Shown: positions 1 to 16,135 of the stretch, in pieces
How positions within the stretch are numbered: the first letter of the stretch is position 1
Layout: every line of letters starts with the position of its first letter
Assembly: GCA_021432655.1 (NCBI GenBank)
Contig: MU271279.1
Location: 1-64,000, forward strand
DNA length: 64,000 bases
Direction of reading: 5' to 3'
DNA from: Atractiella rhizophila
Taxonomy: Eukaryota
The notes under the pieces: model-generated
Databases searched by the model: none
Told to the model about the DNA's origin: nothing
Seen by the model: only the letters and a program-made list of their open reading frames with translations
Position numbers and translations under genes: made by a program

Positions 1-901
1 CTAGCTATACCTCAATACAGGCAAGCTCAGAGAAGATGGTGGTTGTGTGTGAGGGAGAGAAACGAGGTCACGGAAGCAAGACTGCGACAAAAGAAAATGA
101 CTCATAAAGTACGAAGAATGCTCATTTCTGTTATTCGTATTACAGGTTCCTTTGTGTTCCTTTGTATTGCAATCAGCGCGCGGCATCTCTTGATGTAAAA
201 TAGGACCCAAAAAAATGCACCTTTCGATGCTAGCTGTTTGTACACAGATTGGCACACTTATATTCACTCGCAGATTGATTTGACCAAGTGTTCATGCTGT
301 TACTTCATCCCGTATGTTCCATGATGGACAACGAATTTCCAATACTTCCTAAGCACGCTGAGCACCTGTTCTCAGCTCTCGCACCTCATGCTTCGCTACT
401 GTCCACCTCAATTAATTTGCGTGCATTATGAATTCTACTCTCCAGCTGATATCTGCACTTTGTTGTCGTCCTGGCGCACAGCAATTGAGTTCTCAAGCAA
501 ATCTTTGGCGGAGTGCTTGGTCACCACAATTGTCATATTGCTCTCCTTCTCTTTCATTTTCTCAATCCCAATCTCAGTTCTCCTCAGAACACAGATCACT
601 TTTGTGTTCCAGAATGATAGTTCGAGTTCTCCGATGTAGCTTCATTATATGTGAATCTCTTCCACGGTAAGTATGCCCTTTATCTTGTCATGACTCGCTC
701 TGTTCGACGCTCTAGATTCCCTCCATCCCTTACCCCATACTGTTACTCCAGCCGCAGCGGTGTCACTGCGCAGTCGTTCGTGGCCGCAGCATGAGTTGTT
801 GATGCTGCGACTACTGCGTATTTTTGGAGCATTGGCTGAAGGAGAGTATAAAATGGACGCTTTCTCTCCAACTCCATCTCATCATCATCCTGACCTGCAA
901 G

Positions 902-2167
902 ATGAGCATTCAAAAGCTTCCAACCGAGATCCACACTTCCATTCTCCGACTAGTCTGTGCATCTGCTCGCGACACTCTTCGAAGCCTCGGTTCGACTTCG
1001 ACAGACAAATCCAGTCTTGAAACTCCTCCTGCTGCCTACGCATGCTCTCTATGGCATGAAATCATCAGTCAAGAATGGTTTCGCGACCTACTTCTCGCTT
1101 CAGAAGCGGATATCCCACGTCTACGAGTATTTCTAAAGTACTGGCCTGAGGAGAAGAGAAGGAACGTTCAATTTCTGGAGATTTTGAGGCTTCCTAGGTG
1201 GGAGTGGAGCACAATTGGAGAATTTTTTACGCTGTTACCGAATTTAAGGAAGTTTGAGTTGACCATTGGATTTTACGTACGAAGGTCAGCAGCCTGTCAT
1301 TCATCATCGAAGGACCTCGTCTTACCCTTCTATGTAGATCATTTGATTGGCCGGTCTTGCCTCCTCTCGAGAGCGTCATCATCAACTTTATCCCTGGACA
1401 CCTTGAAAGGTTCATGGGACAGCTGACTCCGCCATCCAACACAAAATTTGACGTGGCTGTTGCGACTTTCATGTCGCGGCTCACGACATTAAAACACCTC
1501 CAACTGAACCGGTATGTGGCTTTCTCTCACGATGGAGGGAATGGTCTCGACTCCTGAATGTAGATCTCCATATTTCGGCTTCCCCAACTTCAAGGAGAAA
1601 GCTTTGGCCTCCTTCCCATCCTTACGTTCTATACGCATGTCTTCGAATTCTCTTCCCAAGCCGTCTTTTCGCCAACTGCTCATCCAAAGCTGCGGCCAGA
1701 CCCTTCGACAGCTCCACATCTACGTTGACCCTTCCACTCTACAAGTCATACCCACACGAGTTTACGTAGATTTCATCACTTCTTTCTCATCCACGCTCGA
1801 AGAACTCTCTCTTAACCACCAAGACGAGTCTTCCCTCACTGCAATCGCAGTTGGTGTCCTTCCAATGCTTTCCCAACTCCGATCCCTGAACTTTTCTGGC
1901 ATCGCGCCCGACTTTCAGCATCTCTCTTCTGCTTCAGTAGAGAGCTTATTTGTCAATGACGAGAAAGGGAAACATTGGCATGGCTCACTGGTCTGGTCCA
2001 TCACTTCGGGCAACTGGCCAAATTTAAAATCAATGCACTCGTCCTCAAAACCAACCCTTCTGTTGAAAGACGTGTGTTCCGAAAGAGATATCTCTTATCT
2101 CGTTGTCCCGTGGAGTGACGAGGTTGATCGCCGGCAATACTACACCAGGGTTGCTAAGCAGGTCTGA
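902..2167 (+). CDS. F-box-like / leucine-rich-repeat protein (3 exons)
   Basis: ATG at 902 gives MSIQKLPTEIHTSILRLVC, an F-box-like LP.EI...I motif. LxxLxL repeats follow (LPNLRKFEL, LTTLKHLQL, LRQLHI, LEELSL, LRSLNF). GT..AG introns near 1284-1338 and 1512-1563 join ORFs 824..1426, 1357..1557 and 1514..2167. Confidence 0.65.
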
Positions 2168-2379
2168 TTCTGTTTCCTTATCATTCTACTTTTTTTGTTC
2201 GCTTCATGCGCATGCTCTTCTTATACTTGATGTAATATATCTTCGGTCGGTTCCAGAGCAAAAAATTGAGATTTTGCAGAATGAGTGCAGACGGAAGCTA
2301 CGATGGTTTGGTGTGTACGAAGGGAGATGGAGCAATCAATAAAGTAATTCTACGGTCCTTCTATCATGCTTTGTCGATA

Positions 2380-3872
2380 TCATGAGCGTAATGACTGGTA
2401 TCCTGCGATGACAAATTCGTTGAAAACAAGGGTAAGAACCTAACAAGTATGCAACTGATCAGTTACCATCAAAGAACATTTGTGCCTCTCTTCGTTAAGG
2501 GAAGGGAAGACAAACCGTATGCGGTGCTATCCGCAATAAGTGCGCTGTCGAGCCTTTATACCAACCTCTTATACCTTCTACTTTGAATGTCTTCCATAAA
2601 CAATCAAACGGATTCTTATAAAGCAGCCCTCGCGGCTTTCCATCTGGTCCCAGAGCATCTGGCGACTGATTGTACATTCTCGTTAATGCCGTATCTACAG
2701 CCTGGTCAATGAAGGAAGAAATGGTGTGAGAGAAGGACATACCGGCCGGCTGCATGACGAGGCACACGCAAGCGCCAGAAAAGGTGGAGGCGAGAATGTA
2801 GGTGAAGACGCTGTCGGAGGGCATATATTGAGATAAGTAGACTGTTCCGTATTGTTGTTACCACATCTCGCAAAAAATGCAAAAGAGGGTGAACGAACTT
2901 TTCGCAAAGTTGTATGCTGGCAGTTGAACCTGAAGGGCCAAAAATTAATTGGAGCGAGGAGGGATGGAACGACTGACTGAGCTCCCACACGCTGTTCGAA
3001 ACATGGCTGCATCCACGCCTCTAAAGATACCCTTGGTGCCCTCCTTTTTCATTATCTGTTGTAAGCCATGTAATGGGCTCTTGTACTTGTGTTGCGCGCC
3101 GACGGGGTTTGCCGATGAGTACGCTTGCATCCTCGCTTTGATGAGGAAAAGGGGGTTTCCAAGTATCGCTGTTGATTCCGTCAGACTTTCACTCGCAAAG
3201 AAAGGAGGAGGATGTTTAAACAGATTTGGCGGTAAGGGCAGAGAAAAATGCTTACCTCCTGTCACTCCGCTACTTGCTCCAGCTGCGACACTACTCCAAG
3301 CATGTTGGGCTGTAACATCCTCAACACCAGCTAACCGGTTCAAAGTGGTTCTATAAAGGTCATAAAAGCCTAACCGACAACCGTTCAATGCCATCTGATA
3401 TCCGTACTATTGTACAAGTTATAGATATTGCATCAGTTGGTGAAATTGTGAAGTAATGGAGGAGGAGACTCACAGCAGCCGTGAGACCGCTTTGGACTCC
3501 CCTGATTCCTTCAAATTTCCACGTCTTCCGTAACGCATCGAAAGCATTGTTATACACCTTCTGCGTGCCTTTAGCTTGCAACTCTCCCTGCAGCTGTAAC
3601 CGTGTTTTGGCTACTTCAAAAGGATTGGTGAAGGTCACGCTGCCGCAACTGTGACCCAAACAATCAGTCCCGCTTGACCAAACTAGGGAAACGGAGAGAG
3701 GAGCGCACGCTGCTATTCCTCCAGCTATGAAACTTTCTGGAGCGGGGAGTTAGCAATTGTAGGCCGGTGGAGGGAAAGAAAGCTCACCGGCTGTACTGAG
3801 TACATATTTCGGTTTCGGTGTTGGTGGAATCGCGCTCGCCTCAGCAAGAGCTGATGAAGGGGAAGGTGACAT
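2380..3872 (-). CDS. OAC1: Mitochondrial oxaloacetate/sulfate carrier (SLC25A34/35-like), multi-exon
   Basis: Carrier signatures TNPFEVAKTRLQLQGEL, ALNGCRLGFY, GNPLFLIKARMQAYS, DTALTRMYNQ and YKGSTAHLLRIAPHT. Start MSPSPSSAL at 3872; last exon VLTLVFNEFVIAGYQSLRS* ends at 2380. Confidence 0.9.
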
Positions 3873-4578
3873 GCTGAAGGAGAGATTGATTAAAGTTGAC
3901 TTGGAGAATAAAAATGGAGCAGGATTGTCGTTTTCTCAATATGGAACCCTCGGTTCGCAGGTTTATTTGCTTCTGAGGACTCGAAGAGGAGGATAAAGCC
4001 TCGATAAGAACGGAGATTATATAAGGAGCCTTCGTTTTCCCTTGCCGGGAGACAAATCTGGGGAAAGAAAGCAACATCGAAATGAGCACAGGAAGCGGTT
4101 GGAGCGCGGACCAATGGCTTACCTCGCTTTACGGGTACCTTTTCTAGCTATTACCACCGCAAATAAAGTCTACTAGCCACCCCTTGCCTCCTTGAACCTC
4201 GGCTGAATCCACGCTGACAATTTCGGTTTGCCAGCCTGCGTGCCGTTCTTTTGTTGTACCAGGACAGGAAGATGCCGAATGAGGCGATCAAACTAATTAC
4301 GAGCAAGCGATCCTCGATCCATTCCCAACGCCCAATCCACCATCGATAGAGGTCTGCCACTTCTCACTGCCCCTCTGAAGCACGAGATTCTGACTGGGCG
4401 CCTGCGGGACAGATACTTACGGGCTGGACGGAGGCGACGTCAAGCACGACGATACCTAGAAGAAAGGAGTCGAACCGTACAACCCATTCAAGCAATAACG
4501 ACGGTCTGTGACCTTATCCCTTCGTTCTCATTCCAAACGCTCACTCGAATAACATCGATCTGGCAAACAGATTCATCT

Positions 4579-7280
<2,702 letters not shown>

Positions 7281-8140
7281 TGTGGTTCCAGCAAGCGCCA
7301 GTAAATCGGGAGCAACAGACTTTCTCCCTCCTCTTTGATGTGTTCTGTTTATGATTGTCACCGCAACAATTGTTCTTTCCTCTTCTATGTCCCCGCCTTG
7401 GCCAGCTTTGGTGACGGTGATGGTCGTCTCAAGAATATGTTCTCGTCCTCGTTTGATTTGTGAGCTCTGAAGGATTGCGAATCGGACAGTAAGTATGGTA
7501 TGGCAGAGTATGAGTTGTTAACTAATGTTGTTCCTCCTTGCAATCATCATGTCAATTTACGTCTTCATCCTCATCTCTCTTAGGCCTGTGTGTCAAAAAG
7601 ATACTGTAATCCCAAAAGAAGGGATGGATTATGGATTAATCTTCTGGAATGCAGTTTAAACTAAATTAAATTGTATTGTCTACTGTACTGGTTGCTAGCC
7701 TCAACCTTACCCCTCCCTTTCGGGCTCACTGTCATATAATAAAGGCAGGCTGCCGCTGCTTCTCGACGCCGCCTTCAGAAAGAGATTCAGGTGAGAGTAT
7801 TCTCCAGTCGCGACTCAGTCGCTGAAGATGTGGGGCTTCTCTAAGAACCCAAGAAGCTGAGAGACGAAGTTTGGAGCTGCTCTTGCAACGAGTACAAATT
7901 GTCGGGGTTTAACACATCAGACCACTAGAAGCTCAGCTGAAAGCTGGTCGATGTATGTCACCTTCTGCCCATTGATTGCAAGCTTGTTGATTTTGAGCTG
8001 ATCGATCACATTTTCTGCGTCTAGTTCAAATATTCATCATAAATACTGCGCTCAAGTCATCCGCCAGCTTCGTCGTGGCACTTATTGTTCCCTCCACATC
8101 TTTGCTGAGGTCCTGAACGGAAGTTAGACGCTGCCTAGCT

Positions 8141-9540
8141 ATGGAGTGGCTCAACGCTGCTGGAGCATTTGACGAGCAATTGGACCAAATCTCATCGTGG
8201 CTCTCGGGATGGAGCACTGCTATTGGAGTCGACAAAGGAGTCTCGCGGCTTTGGGATTTGTACGGCTACACCAAGTCTACATGCCATATCCTGAAATTGC
8301 CTCCTGAGCTCCTCGACTATATTTTTCAATTCGTCTGTGATGCTGAAGGCTGGTCTAAAGCGAATTATGGTTACTTGTTACTCTCCAAAGCGTTGTTCCC
8401 ACATGTGCGTTGGATTTCCTCTTTCATCCTGCCTTCTTCAGAACATACACTGAGAAAATGCATCTTGGACAGGTTCAACGAGCGCTGATCAAGAAACCTC
8501 CTCCTTTCAAAACCACCGAAGACGTGTCCCGCCTCATTCGATACCTCCATCGCTACCATAATCGTCTCGTCTCGTGCGTCCAACAACTCGAACTCATCTT
8601 TCCGGCGACCTTGGGAGATCTGAAAATGACGTGGCTACTCGACATGATGGTAGACATGTGTCCTACCGTGCAAACCATAGCCTTCCATGGACGAATGGAT
8701 ATTGCGCTCGATTCTCTCTCTCCAGCCGATCTGACGAGGTTGAGGGAGTTGAAACACCTCAAAAGACTCGTGTCTTACGATGGTGGATTGGTCGTGGGAA
8801 CAGTGGCTCATTATTTCCCCAGGCTTGTCGCAGTCGAGGTGAGAGACAGGATCCACGACTTCCCGGTCTCCCCTCCCCCTCGATGGAGGCTCAAGTTACC
8901 TCCCGGCCTCAAACGCCTCGCCAGCACGACAGCGAGTGGAGGTCATTTCTCCAATTATCTCGGTTACTTCCTCTCTGCCTCCCCTCCCATTCCGCTCCCT
9001 AGTTCGATATTGGCATTCGAACTCGATCTCGGCAACCAATCTTTCTGTATCCTTTTTTATCCCGTCCTCAAACAGCTGTGCGATCGCTTAGAAGTCCTCA
9101 AGCTCGGAAACTCCCACTACAAGCCAGCAACTGAGGAGTTCTATTCCGCACTCGCGACCTGTACCAAACTTCGAATGCTCGTGCTTGAACACTTCCTCCT
9201 TGACTCCTGGAGCGCTCCCAGCACCGGATTTTTTAGACCTCACATCGAAGACATCGGCTTGTACGACTGTGGCGGGCAAGGAATGAAGTATACACGCTGG
9301 TGTTCTACTCTCCAAAGGCTGGGCCAGGAGACGAAGTTGAGGTCGCTCAAGACGGACGAGGCAACGATGGATCATTGGTTGCGGAGGCCGCCAGAAAGTA
9401 TGGAGGAACTGGATGTCATCTGCGAGCTCGAACACGCTTGGAGGGTCTTGTGTGATGAAAGAGGCATCGAGTTCAGGACGCCGAGCTCATTGCAGGCTTT
9501 CAGGGTTTGGTCAGGACTCCATTTAGCAACTTTGGTTTGA
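8141..9540 (+). CDS. F-box-like / LRR protein; additional 5' exons possible from about 7750
   Basis: HILKLPPELLDYIFQFVC F-box motif in ORF 8141..8488, intron near 8405-8472, then LRR-like segments in ORF 8410..9540 (LKHLKRL, LEVLKLGN, LRMLVLE). Confidence 0.7.
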
Positions 9541-9694
9541 TCCTTTCTCAGTATCAGTTTTAACTTGGATGCCTTGAGTATTTGTTGACATGTATATTTC
9601 GCAACAGAGTCTCGTCAGTCTCTGTGATGATACAACTGTTTTTTTTAAGTACAAGCAATACATGGCAAACCGAAATTCTATGCTTCGATTCAAA

Positions 9695-12324
9695 TCATTT
9701 AGGAGCCTTTCCTTCATCGATTTCTTTCTTCAGTATTCTCATGGCAAGAAACTTGCTGTAGAATCGGGACAATGCAAGATTCCCACTCCACACTCAGTTA
9801 GCGTGATGCGCTTTAGCGTAAACCAGCGGTCCACTCACATAGCGTAGTAAAGACCCTCATGCTGTCCCCATTCTCGCCAGATGCTCAAGATCTCCCAGTC
9901 GTTATCCAATCCCCAAACTAGAAACAATGGGTATCAGTTCCCTACTCAATGTACTTCAGGTTGTTCGGTTCAAAAAGCCCTACTCGGTTGAAGAGAAGAC
10001 TTCACGTCTTCCTGCTTGAGGAGAGGAGTAACGCTCCCTCTTCCATCAGCATAACCGGTGGCCCTGCAAACACGTGAATTAGCAAATGTAAAAGCGAACA
10101 GCTGACATACCAAATCACAGCATCGCACTTAATCTCTGTGTGTTCCTTATCATTGAGGACGATACCGTCTTCTACAAACTTCTCGATCTCAACCCCAGAG
10201 TGGAGACCGATCTTTCGATCGATGAGTAGCTGGGAACAGCCGACATCTAGGTAGTATGATCCTCCACGAAGATATATCACTGCAGATATTTTCAACATGT
10301 TTCGTGGCTGAAGATGAGACAACTCACACCAGAAGAAGCTATAGCGCAAATCGACCTGGAATCCCACCTCCTTCAAACCCTGAAGGAGCCCTCTAAAGAG
10401 CAGTCAAAGGTGAGACTAAGGAACAATTTTCGAACCTACTTGTCGTTCTCTGAGATCTTTGGAAGCGACAGTTCAGAGAGTGTTTTGTTCACGGGCACGG
10501 GGAAGGAATGAGATAATCTGTCTGCCAGCTCTGGAGCAGGTCCACCTTCGTAATAATATGCTGCAACCTAGTCAAGTAGTGCCAAGTGGGTGATGAAGAA
10601 CTTACGCAAGACGAGTTTCGCGCTCTTGTTGACGTTAATGATGTAATTAGGGCTGCGCTGGAGCATTGTAACCTTTGCTCCTCCATCGTGCAATTCCTTG
10701 GAACCAATCCGTCAGAGCGTCGCTGCAGGAACGCAAGTCACAAACCATGGAGACATCATGAGCGCTAGTTCCGCTGCCAACGACCACTGTTGCCCGTCTC
10801 AGTTTTACTTCTTTCCTTAACAGTAGAGGATTGGGAAGCGCACCAACATGTTTTCCTTCGAACGGGTTCGCGTTCTTGAACTCAACACTATGAAGTGTTT
10901 TCCCTTTGAACACGTCTAGCTGCCCAGGTTTCGGTTCAGGAACGTTAGGGAGTCCGCCTCCAAGCCCGAGAGCAGCCACCTTTTGTTATTTCACTTGTGG
11001 ATCCTTGCACATAGAACAAAGGATACGAACGACATGTCGAGCCTTCAGTTTGCGCACTCCATTGAATCTTCCTGGTGACTCGAACTCGACTTCCCATCCT
11101 TGACCATCTCCGAGTTTTGTGAGTCCGATAACTCGCGAGGATGTCCAGACGTTCAGTTCAAGCGCTTCTGCGTAATACTCCAGCCAGTTGGCTAGCTGTC
11201 ACCCGGCAGAGGTCAGCTTTGACTCAAGGTTTGCTAATGAAAGTGCATACCTTCGGGGCAGGACAATATTTGGGCCAATTCTCGGGAAAGGGCATGAATG
11301 GCAGATGGTCGTAGTGAACAAAATCGCTGGAAATCGCCAGTCAGTTGATGCTCGCTCAAAAAAACGCTGGACGCGAACTGTAGTGTAAGTCCAGAATATC
11401 TCTTTCGCCAGTTATCACCAATCCTTTCATTTCCTAGGAACAACGTGAGTTGTCTCTGTGAGCAAAATAATCAACCTACTTTCTAGGACCAAAGCCTCTA
11501 TGCCCAAAACTTTCAGCCTAGCGGCAGTATCAAGCCCAGTGTGGCCAGCACCAATAATAACGACTCTCGGGTCCGTGTCTTTGAATGAGGACTCCGCCGC
11601 TCTTCGAGGCAGATATTCGCCATGATAATCCCCATGCTTTCGATTTGGTCCGATTTGCTCCGGATGGCCATGTAGCTCCTCCAAAACCTGTTTCCCGTGC
11701 AGGCGAGATCAATCTAATCGCCTCAGTGAGGAAAGAGGATAATACGAACCGTGAACACAGTCCAGCCTTTCCAACCCTTATCAGTGTTTACTATGCGAAA
11801 GATCCCAGTGCCCTTCCCTAGGGTATTGCTGAATTTGAATCCAGCTTGAACAAACTGAAGAGATTTGTCTTCAGCCACTTGGATTGTCTCGTAGCTCGCT
11901 TTCAACTCCTCACTCATGTCGAGATCTTTGAATCCGCCAGTCGCAGCATACTTCTCTTTCAGCAAAGCTTCGATCTCGTTGCTCCCGACGAAAGTTCTAC
12001 ACCCAACAGTCATATCAGCTCGCCTGTCTCTTGATCTAAAATCGGCTTGCTTGAAATCCCATGTCAGCGCCATGACATCCCTCCAAAAGCCATTTTCCTC
12101 TAAAAACGTTTCTCGGGCTTCTGAAAACTTCCCCTCATCGAGCAGCTGCACGAGATTGGAGATCCAAGATTGTGCAACATGGCTAAACGCAATTCTAACG
12201 TTGGGAGCAAGTGGTTTAGATGTTGGGAGTGGCGGCACAGGAGCGTCGATAGGCTTTGTCGTAACTGAGGGTAGGGACCTGTTGAAATTCAGCTGGCATA
12301 AAACATGTCGATCAACACTCACAT
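9695..12324 (-). CDS. Flavin-containing monooxygenase, type II FMO-like with N-terminal extension, multi-exon
   Basis: FAD motif VVIIGAGHTGL, IGDNWRKRY, FMO fingerprint FKGKTLHSVEF (FxGxxxHxxxF/Y), NADPH motif VVVGSGTSAHD and RGGSYYLDVGCSQLLID. N-terminal extension contains FWRDVMALTWD. Stop follows EGKAPK at 9695. Confidence 0.9.
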
Positions 12325-13755
12325 CGTACGCACGAGCTAGATACCAATTCTTTGGGGGCGAAATTTCTAACTGATGGTGCTTTTAAACAAGTCCAAGATT
12401 TCGGCAGGAATGGTGCAAGGGAGCCAGAGAATTGTGGGACCGGGTAGATGTTGTGATAAAACACGTGACAAATACGCAGCATGATATTTCAGTGTCACAT
12501 GCTACGTAGGCTTCAATATTGAGAACCTGGAGGCTCTAATAATGACCGCTCCAAACCGCTCACGACAGTTTGCAAATTTACGACACCTCTACCTTGACTC
12601 GGCAAGGATATGGACTGACCATCGGAGTCACCCGCTTGACTGTTGGCTTTTACCATGGCGAATGCAATCTCGGGACATTGGAATTTCAGTCATTCTCCAG
12701 AATCAAGTGACCACTCGGTTACGAGCGCTGACAAGATATTTGGATGTAGAACCTGAAATCCTGGATTTGCTATATGTCCTGATTTTCATCGCCAGTCACT
12801 TGCCCCGTCGCCTGCTCACCAAGATTGAAGCATCGTTATAGGAAATACAGGAATTTGCATCGCCTGGGAAGGCCTATTAAAGACATGTTCCCATTTGGGT
12901 ATCCTAAAGGTTCTTCTCATTCTTTGACTAAGGTATACGGCGGACGTCAATCAAGTGGCGATTTGCTTCAGTGCCATTCGTTCCTTTACGAGGCTTGGAA
13001 AATGCTGGGAATGGATGCGTTTCCTCCACCACTGCACTTCTTCTTCCTCCTTCTGCTAGAAGCATGCTGGGGGAGTTCTCTTCTACTCTTTTGATTTCCT
13101 GGTATGTGCTACTTTTGGGCTGATCGACTTATTTGTTAATTTACGTGCCAACGAAAGTACGGCGAATTGTGTAACGTTCAACCCGATTCTAGATATCTGG
13201 ATATCTCAGAAACGCTCTAGTTCTTCGACACAAAGTCGACTTTTTGACTGCTTCAGCTGTACACCAGATACTTGCCGCTAAGCAATATTCTACAAAGAAA
13301 GAAGACATGATGGCAGAGATACGGCAGAGTTACTTGCAAGGCTTGCCACGAATGGGTTGTCAAGTATAGCTTGGGCATTTAATTGTTCAGCTGCTTTCGG
13401 ACGCACGTTTGACATGGTACTGGCCGAATTGTTCGGCAAGATTGGACCGGTTCCCTTCTTACAGTATCTTGATCGAATCAAGCTGAATTAAGAAAGGTCA
13501 GGACCTCAGACCGACTAGCACGGGCCACCAATGAGCTCCAGGCATATTTGTTTATCTACCTTGTATCTACGACATTTGCATCTTGCAGCAGGTCACAGAA
13601 CCACTTATGATCATTCAGCCCGATTCAGCCCGATTCAGCCCGAAGGACCAAAATTGTGGCCTTGCTATTTACCTTTTAAGCGCGATTGTGTGTCAGACGC
13701 CTCTCCTCTTCAGACGAGTTGGACAGTCGGACGCCAGCGCATCAACTATTTCACT

Positions 13756-15965
13756 ATGACCACCATCTCTACTATTCAAATTCATGGTGCCGTCCTTGTC
13801 GAAGATGTCAAATCGGGAGCTTCTTCACCAGCCCCTAGTCTCCACAGTACGATTGCAGAGGACGTTCCAGACTTTGCTCTAGAGGAAGGCAAGCATAGGG
13901 AAGAGTCGGAAAATGACGCGATTGGCGCAATAGAGCTGCACGAAGTAGCAGCGACGCCGCCATTGGATGTCATGCCTCCGGTGACCTTCAGGAAGTTGAC
14001 CGTCAAAGATCGCACGAACAGCTTCTTGTCCTTGTTTAAAATGTCTCTGAAAGAAGTTGCTGGATACTTAACGTGTGCGTTCTCCTCCTCCTTAAACAGA
14101 TTCTGCTCCTTACGGATGGCTTGCTTCGAAGTCATCGTCGCAGGATGGTCCGACGCTACTTCAGGTTAGTTTAGCTCCATGTTTAGGAAGCGCTGTTCTG
14201 ATAAGTGCAATAGGTGTCCTGATTCCTTAGTAAGGCTAATCCCCTCTCTTTTGATTAGTGCTGATTGACGGCGCTGCACAACCATGGAGAGGTACTTTGG
14301 CATTGGATACATGGCCGTCAGTTGCCTATTTGTCGGCCAGTTTTTAGGCTTCTTTCTGGCCTCATTGACGAGCACGTATCTTATGGATCGACTTGGCCTC
14401 GGCAAAGGTTGGGTCATTCTATCTTGCTGTTCATTGAAGCTAACACTAGGATGAAATGTACAGTTATCGTCCTTGGTGCGGTTAGTCAAATGGCAGCCTA
14501 TTTATTCATGTTTCCGCCTATCAACTTCCCTGTCCTTGCTAGCGCCTACATACTTTCAGGCATGTCCCTCTAGACTTCTACTCTACCTTGGGTTTGCTCA
14601 GCTGTATTCAAGGTTTTGGACTTGCGTTGCAAAATGCTAGCACGTCTTCGTTTATCGCGGGTACGACTCATGATACTACCTTTGTCTCCAGCTAACAATT
14701 TCTCTCGTAGGTTTGCCGGATGTGGCCTGGAAAATGGTACAGTTTTTTTCTCCTTTCACCATCTTTTGTAACCCGAAGCAAACTAGGGACTGCTACATTC
14801 CTTCTATGGCTTGGGAGGCGTGATCAGTCCTTTGGTTGCGACTGCTTTTGTCTCTTCAGGAATCAAATTCAGCTACTTCTACCTTATTACTTTAGGTACA
14901 CTGTCGCATGTGGTATACCGATGGTCTCTCATATACAGGTGTAGGTGTGTGCGCTATGAACGTTGCACTCCTCGTCCATGCTTTTCGGTTCGTCCTCTGT
15001 CCCTTGGTGTAAAGCACACATCTGAGTTTCTCTAGGTTGAAACCTGAACCTCTGCCTGCAAACTACGTTCACGAGCGGCCTGGGGATCAGCTGAAGAAAA
15101 TTTTGGTGAATAAAAATGTCTGGTTTATCTCGTTATTTATCATTGTCTACGTTGGAGCGGAAGTCTCTATGGGAGGTGCGTATAGTTCTCGCTTCTCCTT
15201 GGTAGATAATTTATCATCGCGTTAGGTTGGATAGTCTCCTTTATTATCCGCCAAAGGGGAGGAGGTGCAAGTTCTGGTTACATCGCAACGGGTAATTACA
15301 GCTATCCCTACTGCGCTTTTCCAAGCTAACAAGATGTGACTAGGTTTCTTCTCAGGTTTGACTGGCCACATTGACTGGGCTACACACTCATCGTCGCCTT
15401 ATTTGTAGGGCTCGCATTGGGGCGACTTCTATGCCCCAGATTCAACACGTACGTGGGAGAAAAGAGAGTTGTCTATCTCTATCTTGGCGTCGGCGCTGCT
15501 CTTCAGTTTATCATATGGTTCGTTCCATCAATCGAGGGCAACGCTGTTGCTGTAGGACTAGTCGGTTTTGTCTTGGTATGGGACAAGCGCTTGTACATCT
15601 TGCTCCGTCTTACCTGTGCTTCCAGGGACCACTGTATCCAAATGCCATGTCGCTGACAGTCAAGATCTTTCCTAGGAGCCTTCACCACGTGAGCGTCCTT
15701 TTTCTCTCGTACGGGCTCTCCTAACTTTCGAGTACAGGGTTGTATAGGCTTCATGAACTCTTTAGGACAGAGCGGGGCTGCTATCTTTCGTGAGTTTGGT
15801 GCGCGTTTCGAGAGAATTAAACTGACACTTGTAGCAGCATTCATCACTGGTGTCCTTGCCCAAAAGTACTCGGTGAATGTCTTGCCACCCGTCGAACTCG
15901 CTCTTTTTGCGACAATGACAGTTCTTTGGTCCTTCGTCCCCAATCCGGAGAGGAGGAGCGAGTAA
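13756..15965 (+). CDS. MFS transporter (Bsc6/fucose-permease-like), copy 1, many short exons
   Basis: AGWSDATSG, MERYFGIGYMAVSCLFVGQFLGF, YGLGGVISPLVAT, FIIVYVGAEVSMGG, GLALGRL and SLGQSGAAIF; many hydrophobic segments. Confidence 0.88.
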
Positions 15966-16135
15966 GGGCTCTATTCCACCTGCTTTCCTCAAAGATATTC
16001 TCGCGCGCAACAGAAATTTGGGTTTTTGTCGTCTTTCTGGGTATTTCAGCTCAGACAATTAAATAGACTCATGAAGCGATTCAGTTTTGGGCAACCGTGT
16101 TTGTAGAATCATAGTGGTGTGCAGATATAGGACAA

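Noticed and set aside
4413..4420. ATACTTAC resembling the U1 snRNA 5' end
   Set aside because: It is not followed by CTG, and no U1 stem-loops or Sm site are recognisable.
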